Positions 57,437 to 64,000 of a stretch of 64,000 nucleotides of DNA are shown one piece after another. Positions within the stretch are counted from its first letter, which is position 1, and every line of letters begins with the position of its first letter. The stretch is from Clostridia bacterium (lineage in GTDB: Bacteria > Bacillota > Clostridia > JAAYHZ01), in NCBI GenBank assembly GCA_050950825.1, contig JBMNIH010000010.1:1-64000 (forward strand). Direction: 5' to 3'. A program made the position numbers and the translations under genes. Below the pieces are notes generated by a model. It was not told the origin of the DNA. It saw only the letters and a list, made by a program, of their open reading frames with translations, and searched no databases.

Positions 57437-57565
57437 GTACAATATGCGTTTATCAATTCTCTTGTCCGAATATATTTTAGTTTACAACACCCGCCACATT
57501 CACATTGTGGTGGTTTCTTTTTGTGTTGCGAATTGATAAAACGCATAATCATTATACCACAATTA
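57437..57565. repeat. long imperfect hairpin (attC-like) abutting the element's right end
   Basis: ATGCGTTTATCAATTC / GAATTGATAAAACGCAT with one unpaired base; inner CAACAC/GTGTTG and CCGCCACA/TGTGGTGG stems; outer GTACAAT/ATTATAC. Confidence 0.7.
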
Positions 57566-57642
57566 CAGCGATGACTATATGTTTTTCTTAGAAAAAAGCC
57601 ATTTTTTGCGATTAAAACGCCTAAAACGTTAGAAAAACTCTT

Positions 57643-58488
57643 CTAATTGTCAAATCCCCATATCTTCTTTATGTATTCTAATGCCTCTTTGCTATTTTTT
57701 TCAAAGTTATCGGTTTTACACTCGAACGAGAAATAACCGTTGTAACAAATCTTGTCCAATACTTGGGCTAATCGGAGAAAATCAACACCTTCTTCTATGG
57801 TTTCTTTCGGGAACAGGCGATTCCTATCGGACAAATGAACATGAACCAGCTCATGGGCTGCATACTCGATAATATCGAAAGATTCGCTTTCTTCGAACAT
57901 ATGGTAGGTATCCGCTAACAATTTGATACGAGGCAGATTCAAGTCCTTTACAATCGTAAGCCCCTCCGCTACGGTATTGATAACGTTGCACTCTTTTCGG
58001 TTCAACGGCTCTACCGCTACCGTCAGCCGATATTTTTCTCCGTATTCATTGCACAATTTTAAAAAATCCGTTAATTGGCTCATTCCTTTTTCAACCGGGT
58101 AACCGTCGGGAATCCTTCGAGCACCGCCGCTTCCGAAAATAATGAGCTTCCCATTCAGACGTCGGATACGGCTCATGACAAGATCCAAATACTTTGCAAT
58201 TTCGTCTCGGTCCACAAGGTTCCCTGTTAACGGTAAACGCGAAGGAATGAAACTATTGAACACGGGTATTTCATAAGAATTTTCTTCTAAAATCTCCGAA
58301 AGTCGATACGTTTCCTCGTCCGTCAACCCGGCAACGGCACCGACGGTCAATTCACCGAAATCAAATCCGTTGGATTTTAATAAAGCCAGCCCTTTTTCAA
58401 TACCGGTGACCGTATCAAGCGCATTCTTCTCTTTATCCTCAATTTGAGGAACAAAAGAACCTAACGGTAAACAACATCCGAAAGACAT
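57643..58488 (-). CDS. sugar phosphate isomerase/epimerase (xylose-isomerase-like TIM barrel)
   Basis: FGSGGAR, EPLN..E, DTYHM, HVHLSD..R, FEC metal ligands. Confidence 0.88.
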   Translation of the reverse strand: MSFGCCLPLGSFVPQIEDKEKNALDTVTGIEKGLALLKSNGFDFGELTVGAVAGLTDEETYRLSEILEENSYEIPVFNSFIPSRLPLTGNLVDRDEIAKYLDLVMSRIRRLNGKLIIFGSGGARRIPDGYPVEKGMSQLTDFLKLCNEYGEKYRLTVAVEPLNRKECNVINTVAEGLTIVKDLNLPRIKLLADTYHMFEESESFDIIEYAAHELVHVHLSDRNRLFPKETIEEGVDFLRLAQVLDKICYNGYFSFECKTDNFEKNSKEALEYIKKIWGFDN

Positions 58489-58897
58489 TTTTTTACCCTT
58501 TCTTCAATAATGAATACAATCTAAAGCCATATAAAGTAAAGCGACGATTATAGTTTACCATATTTCTGTGAACATGTATATTTATTCTGAACATTTTTAT
58601 CTTTTTTATTATTTGACAATAATCGCTGTGGCAGCACTCGTAACCGTTTCCATCAAAAATCATCGTTTTCATCCGATTAATCAATAATTTAAGCATAAAT
58701 ATACACCATAATATAAATAATGAAAAGATTTTTCTCGTTGTTTCCGCCGGAATATAAAATTATAAGAAAAAAATACTGACAAACTGCAATATTCGCAAAA
58801 TGAAATTTTCATCAATAAGTATTGCTATACCCTATGGCAGCCGGTAGAATTTTTTTAACCGGTAGTAAATGAAAACTCTCACGACAGGAGGAGTATT

Positions 58898-60673
58898 ATG
58901 TCTGTTGCTCTGCTGATCGAAGAAAAAAAAAGGGTCTCGAACGGTTCCGATCCGAACAATTGGAACCCGTATATGGAGGAGGTTTTTGACGAATTGGGTA
59001 TCGCCGCTTCCGTATACCGTACCGAAGAAGAACTGCTCCGAGATCTTCAAGGGAAAAAATGCGTAGTACTTACGGATTCCGATTTATCGGAAAAAGCTTT
59101 TCTCAAATTATCCGAGTGGGTTGAAAAAGGAAGCGTTCTTATCGGTTTTCAAACAAAGGGAGCCGACCCGTTATTCGGAATCGAGGACGCCGGAGAGTTA
59201 AAACAGGGGGACGACCCCTTTACGATCAACGGGTATATCTCCCTAAAGAAAAAAGAATACCTTCCGGTGGAAGAAGCGTACAAGCATACGCTGCCGGTGA
59301 TCTCTCCCGTTCGAAGAATCCTTCCAAAGGACGCGGAGGTCATCGGAGAAATGCTGACTCCCGTATCATCCAATATCTTTCAAGGTAATTCCGAATACGC
59401 CGCCATAACCGTCAAGCCGAAGGGCAAGGGCTTTTGCTTTTACTTCTCCTACGGCCTCGCCCAGACGGTATGCGTTATTCACCAAGGCCGCCCCGTGGAC
59501 AGAGATTACGACCAAGACGGTATGTATCGAACCGGAGACGGCATCGTATTGACCTCCGCCCACGACTTAAGCCTTCCTTATGCCGATTACCATTTGTACA
59601 TTTTACAGTACATGACGGATAAAGCGGGGATTCCTTCCAAACACTTTTTGCCTCCTGCGGACGGTCAAATTTCGGACCTTTTGCTCCACTACGGCGGCGA
59701 TGACGAAGCGGACCCGAGCGGCATACAAAGAAAAGCCATGGAATTCATGAAAAGCCGAGGACTGCCTTATCATTTCAACATCATGCCTAATAAGGACATA
59801 ACCGGTTTTGAAGTGGACAAAGAGCTTTACGACGAAATTCGAAGAAACGGACAGGAATGCTCTCTTCATTTTAACTTCTTAAAAATTCGAGAATTCTTAA
59901 CGAAGGAAGAATTCGATCAACAGCTGGACCTCTATGAAAAATACTACGGCGAAACGCCGGTTGTCACCGTTAATCACTGCTTAATTTTTCGAGGTTGGAC
60001 CGAACAAGCTCGCTGGGCTTCCGAAAGAGGAATAAAAGGAGACAACAGCAGAGCCCATACGCGGCTAATGCCGGAAGCCAATCCCGTGAACGTATTCGGT
60101 TTGGCCTTCGGAACCACTTACCCTCATTTCGTTTACGACGATCATCTTCACGGCAATCGTCGTCTACCATACACCTATATCCCCATTGCTTTCTACGAAG
60201 CACGGGTACGGATCGATGAACACCATGAAAAGGACATAAAAAGGCTTTGGGACATCCTGCAAAAAGCGGTGGACAACGCGTGGACCATGAACATGTTTTT
60301 CCACCCGGTCTATATCGCAAGAACTCCGGAATGTACCGAAGCCATCGACCAATTGTTAAAATTTATAGAACAAACCGGATACCGATCCGTTCATATGGGC
60401 AACGATAAGCTGTGCTTATGGTGGTTTGATCGGTCAAAAAGCGAAGTAATAACGGAAAAGCAAACGGAAAAAGAGCTTGTTTTGAAGGTTTCCGCAACGA
60501 ATAAAGAAGGCTTGGTTATTAGAATTCCCGATTCTTTAGGTTTTAATGTTTGTTTTGTAGACGAAAAGAAAACCGTTTGTGAAAGAAGAAAGATTGCCGG
60601 GAGATACTGTCTTTTAGCCGTTATCCCCCAAGGCGTTCATCAAGTAGTTTTAAAACGAGAGGTGCCTTTATGA
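58898..60673 (+). CDS. hypothetical protein with GATase-like N-domain and polysaccharide-deacetylase-like C-domain
   Basis: GGDDE, LHFN, VNH, FFHP pattern of NodB-like barrels; AGGAGG SD. Confidence 0.6.
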   Translation: MSVALLIEEKKRVSNGSDPNNWNPYMEEVFDELGIAASVYRTEEELLRDLQGKKCVVLTDSDLSEKAFLKLSEWVEKGSVLIGFQTKGADPLFGIEDAGELKQGDDPFTINGYISLKKKEYLPVEEAYKHTLPVISPVRRILPKDAEVIGEMLTPVSSNIFQGNSEYAAITVKPKGKGFCFYFSYGLAQTVCVIHQGRPVDRDYDQDGMYRTGDGIVLTSAHDLSLPYADYHLYILQYMTDKAGIPSKHFLPPADGQISDLLLHYGGDDEADPSGIQRKAMEFMKSRGLPYHFNIMPNKDITGFEVDKELYDEIRRNGQECSLHFNFLKIREFLTKEEFDQQLDLYEKYYGETPVVTVNHCLIFRGWTEQARWASERGIKGDNSRAHTRLMPEANPVNVFGLAFGTTYPHFVYDDHLHGNRRLPYTYIPIAFYEARVRIDEHHEKDIKRLWDILQKAVDNAWTMNMFFHPVYIARTPECTEAIDQLLKFIEQTGYRSVHMGNDKLCLWWFDRSKSEVITEKQTEKELVLKVSATNKEGLVIRIPDSLGFNVCFVDEKKTVCERRKIAGRYCLLAVIPQGVHQVVLKREVPL

Positions 60674-62679
60674 AAGAATTCTTGTTAAACGGACCGGAAG
60701 ATTACAAAGTCATGTGCCAAGAAGGCGTAAAGCAGTATGTGTTTCCCTTGGAATATTCGCATAATGCCATATGGGACAGCAACGTAAGTCCTGAAGGCAA
60801 ATTCTATTTCGGCCTTGCTTCCGAAATATTCACAGGAAACTATGTACGTTTGTGCGAGTACGACTATGAAAAGAACGATATTCATGTTCTGTTTGCCGTC
60901 GAGGACGTCATTTTGCCAAGCGACCGTACCATAAGAGCAAGTAAATTTCATACTTCCATCAGCTTCATGAAGGACGGCAAAATGATTATGACCACCCACA
61001 CCACGGACAAAAGTCCCGCCCATCCCACATGGATGCCGGAAGCGTATTACCACCACCTGTGGGAAGGATTCCCGGGATCCAACATCATCATTTACGATCC
61101 TTCCACAAAAGAAGCATGGAATATGGGTGTTCCGGTTCCCCGAGAGTCGATATACGGTGCCGTGTACGATCCCGGACACCATGCCCTATTTTTCACCGGC
61201 TTTTTCAAAGGCCATATCTACCGATACGACATTGACAAAAAGAGGGTTGCCGACTTAGGAAGAGTGTCGGAAAACTATGCTTTCCGACTGGTATTAGGTC
61301 CGGACGGTAACATTTACGGCGCCTCACGAAGCGGATATGTCTATAAAGTAGACTCCGAAACCTTAAGGATTACGGACATGAATTATCGGCTTCCCCATTA
61401 CAACTACAAATACTCGAGAGATTTTCGTAATATCAGTATCGGACGGATCGGGCCGGATGGACGCCTTTACTTTGCGGTGATGTACGGTCGTGACATAGTC
61501 GCATTGGATACAAAAACCGGTAAATTTGAAAGTATGGGAAGTTATCTTCCTTCCGACCACTATGTCAAAGGCGAAAACCGAAACGGGATTTTCGGCATGG
61601 ATTTTGACAGCAAGGGGGTCCTTTGGTATGCGGTATCCGCAAAAAACGATACCGCCGACAAGCCTGAAACCGGTCTTCCCGGCTCTTTGTTCCGCTGGGA
61701 TATTACAAGATCCGGAAAACCGGAATGGGTCGGACTTTTAGGCACCAAAAAACGTGTCGGCGCATGGATCAGCGAGGTATGCATCTCCAAAGACGATATC
61801 CTTTATGCGGCCGGCTCCAACCACAGCCTGGACGGTCCGGACATTACCGCTATCGATCTGAAAACGTTCGAACCGAATATGCATAAGCTTTCGGAAGGCT
61901 TGGAAGACCGATTCTATGATCCGAGTGCACCCGAATACATTGCAAGCTCGAAAAAGCTGTTCGATTTGGAGGAAATCGGAAAGGAAAATCCCCATACCTT
62001 CGACCTGCCTTTGGCCGCATCACCTATACTTCTTTGGCGGGCGTTAGCACCCGACAGCATTGACAATTCCTCCGTGACGGGATTGTTTTGGAATGAAGAG
62101 GGAATTTTGTACGGCATTTGCGGCAAAGACCAAAGGTTTATCTTTGAAATCAAGGATTTGAAATTGAATCGTATAGAAAAAATCGACAGCTTGGATAAGG
62201 ATTTTGTTTCGGACCTTTTGGACAAATTCGAACCGAAGCCTTCGAACTTAAAAACGTCATTTAAGCTTCCTTCGTATCCCGGAAGGCAATACAAAGCGGT
62301 ACCTTCGGTCCATGCGGAATTCTCCGAAGGACGAATCGTCGTAGGAACAAAAGACGGCATGTTAGCTATCGTATCCGATAACGGCGTATATTCCCTAGGA
62401 CCCGCTTCGCCGAACGGGCCTATTCATGCCATGACCGTAACACCGGACAAGACCCTTTTGTTCGGCGTTGCCGGCGACCCGGACGACATCGGTTCCGTCT
62501 TTACCTACGACGACAAAAACGGTCTTTTGTGGAAAGGATATATCATCTATGAAGCCGTCGATTCGGCAGGTGCGGTATGCTGTTCTCGATTGTCCTGCTG
62601 TTCCGTCAGCAAAGACGGGAAATATTTGGCCATTGCATCCAACGACCGATTAGGAACGGTCCTTTTGTATCAATTGTAG
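60670..62679 (+). CDS. beta-propeller hypothetical protein
   Basis: Repeated GPDG.IY, YD..T...DLG and TPD..LFG blades; ATGA-type overlap with the upstream gene. Confidence 0.7.
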   Translation: MKEFLLNGPEDYKVMCQEGVKQYVFPLEYSHNAIWDSNVSPEGKFYFGLASEIFTGNYVRLCEYDYEKNDIHVLFAVEDVILPSDRTIRASKFHTSISFMKDGKMIMTTHTTDKSPAHPTWMPEAYYHHLWEGFPGSNIIIYDPSTKEAWNMGVPVPRESIYGAVYDPGHHALFFTGFFKGHIYRYDIDKKRVADLGRVSENYAFRLVLGPDGNIYGASRSGYVYKVDSETLRITDMNYRLPHYNYKYSRDFRNISIGRIGPDGRLYFAVMYGRDIVALDTKTGKFESMGSYLPSDHYVKGENRNGIFGMDFDSKGVLWYAVSAKNDTADKPETGLPGSLFRWDITRSGKPEWVGLLGTKKRVGAWISEVCISKDDILYAAGSNHSLDGPDITAIDLKTFEPNMHKLSEGLEDRFYDPSAPEYIASSKKLFDLEEIGKENPHTFDLPLAASPILLWRALAPDSIDNSSVTGLFWNEEGILYGICGKDQRFIFEIKDLKLNRIEKIDSLDKDFVSDLLDKFEPKPSNLKTSFKLPSYPGRQYKAVPSVHAEFSEGRIVVGTKDGMLAIVSDNGVYSLGPASPNGPIHAMTVTPDKTLLFGVAGDPDDIGSVFTYDDKNGLLWKGYIIYEAVDSAGAVCCSRLSCCSVSKDGKYLAIASNDRLGTVLLYQL

Positions 62680-62694
62680 CCAAGGAGGTCTTTT

Positions 62695-63843
62695 ATGGAA
62701 CAGAAAAAATTACGATTAGGTGTCGTCGGATTGGGACATCGAGCCGTTCATTTAATGCGATTGTACAATGCTCATCCCCTTTGGCAGGTGGTAGCCTTAT
62801 GCGACAAGTACCAAGCGTTGACGCAAAAGACGGCAGCCGCTTTAGGACAGCCGGACGTCAAGCTCTTTACGTCCTACGAAGAAATGGTACGCTCCGTCCC
62901 TATGGATGCTTTGCTTATTACCGTCGACCCCAATATCCAAACGGAGTTGGCTTGCGACGCCATGACACGGGGACTTCACGTTACTACGGAGGTCCCGGCG
63001 GCATACACTCTTGATCAATGCAGAAGTCTGGTTCGGACCGTGAGAAAAACGGGCGCAAAATACCAATTGAGCGAACAAACCCGATATTGGGGCTTTATTC
63101 AAGAATGGCGCCGAATGGCCGAAAGAGGGGAATTCGGAAAAATCCTTTTTATGGAAGGAGAGTACCTTCACTACGAAGAGAACTGGATGTTTTGGGTGGA
63201 CCCGGAAACCGGAGAGCTCTTCGGCGGAGGCAAGCCACCGGAGGGAAGAAAAACGGTTCCCACCTGGCGAAACACCACCTTTAGGCATCCCATCTACTAT
63301 TTGCCCCATGAATTAAGTCCCTTGCTCAGTATCATTGATGATAGGGTTACAAAAGTGTCCTGTATGGGAACTCGACCCGTAAGCTATCATACGGAGGATT
63401 TCCCGGCAAGAGATATGGAAGTGGCGCTGATGCATACGGAAAAAGACGTTATTATGCGGTTGGCGGTAGGCTTTACTTCTCCGCACCCGCCGAGAAGCAA
63501 AATACATGCCCACTGGTACCAGGTAAAAGGGACAAAATGCACGGTGGAATGGGCAAGAACCGATAAAGAGCAGCCGAAAATGTGGCGATACGAGGACAAT
63601 ACCTGGCGGGATATGAACTGGTCTCCGGAAGTAAAAGAGGCTTCGGAATTCATCAAAAGCAGCGGACATTTAGGAGCCGACTGGTGGCCCGTTGACAGCT
63701 TTGCAAGAGCGATTCTGTACGACGAACCGCTTTCGATGGATGTTTACAAGGCAGTGGAAACGGCGGCTCCTGCCATATTGGCAGCGGAATCTTGTGAAAA
63801 GGGCGGAATTCTTTTGGAGGTTCCGAATTTTAGGGAGGAATGA
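62695..63843 (+). CDS. Gfo/Idh/MocA oxidoreductase, GH109-like
   Basis: GVVGLGHR Rossmann fold, EVPAA in place of EKP, EGEYLH, Y..H.L.P, GHLGAD. Confidence 0.88.
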   Translation: MEQKKLRLGVVGLGHRAVHLMRLYNAHPLWQVVALCDKYQALTQKTAAALGQPDVKLFTSYEEMVRSVPMDALLITVDPNIQTELACDAMTRGLHVTTEVPAAYTLDQCRSLVRTVRKTGAKYQLSEQTRYWGFIQEWRRMAERGEFGKILFMEGEYLHYEENWMFWVDPETGELFGGGKPPEGRKTVPTWRNTTFRHPIYYLPHELSPLLSIIDDRVTKVSCMGTRPVSYHTEDFPARDMEVALMHTEKDVIMRLAVGFTSPHPPRSKIHAHWYQVKGTKCTVEWARTDKEQPKMWRYEDNTWRDMNWSPEVKEASEFIKSSGHLGADWWPVDSFARAILYDEPLSMDVYKAVETAAPAILAAESCEKGGILLEVPNFREE

Positions 63844-63846
63844 TAT

Positions 63847-64000
63847 ATGAAATACAAGTGGATACCGGTAAACTTAAACGCACCCTTTGCACCTCGTGAC
63901 GGTGCGGGGCTTCTGTCTTTCAAAGGGAAGCTGTGGCTTTTGGGAGGATGGAACCCGAAAGACAAAGTAAACTTCCCCTCCATATGCAATTCCGAGGTAT
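63847..64000 (+). CDS. kelch-repeat protein, 5' part (truncated by the window)
   Basis: GGAGG SD; MKYKW...APFAPRDGAGLLSFKGKLWLLGGWNP kelch GG/W motif. Confidence 0.75.
   Translation, partial: MKYKWIPVNLNAPFAPRDGAGLLSFKGKLWLLGGWNPKDKVNFPSICNSEV

Larger units (their letters stand above)
55078..57443 (+). mobile_element. tyrosine recombinase + IS91-family (Y2 HUH) transposase element
   Basis: Two overlapping genes bounded by a perfect 15-bp inverted repeat ATTGTACCAAACCGC (55078-92 / 57429-43). Confidence 0.85.

Noticed and set aside
1-64000. CRISPR array, rRNA or prophage structural genes
   Set aside because: No regularly spaced repeat-spacer units, rRNA-like sequence or phage structural motifs were seen.

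Overview
Chromosomal window of a spore-forming Clostridia-type Firmicute (gerKA/KC/KB, T-box, Firmicute 6S RNA, ARG boxes). From left to right: (1-1530) the AT-rich end of an accessory island, with one gene bracketed by two inverted dif/Xer-like sites and a repeat-rich boundary; argC-B-D-F plus a GNAT, with no argJ; pgm-mntP, ogg, 6S RNA, a sorbose-1-P-reductase-like dehydrogenase, tRNA-Ser(GGA) and a gerK operon; a decayed Na+-pump decarboxylase locus; T-box plus MetRS2; an orphan HpaII-like C5 methyltransferase; MarR plus a heterodimeric ABC exporter; and two clusters of poorly characterised glycan-catabolic genes (35.9-49.7 kb and 57.6-64 kb). Between those two clusters lies the best candidate for an undescribed system: an agr-like peptide-signalling operon with no AgrC/AgrA. 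It consists of a 41-aa AgrD missed by the ORF track, a membrane GGDEF+HD-GYP protein, a DUF5317-like protein, a small membrane protein and AgrB. It is flanked by an IS110 with a structured non-coding end (candidate bridge/seek RNA) and by a tyrosine-recombinase + IS91-type transposase unit with inverted ends abutting an attC-like hairpin. All family calls come from motif recognition by eye; no searches were run.
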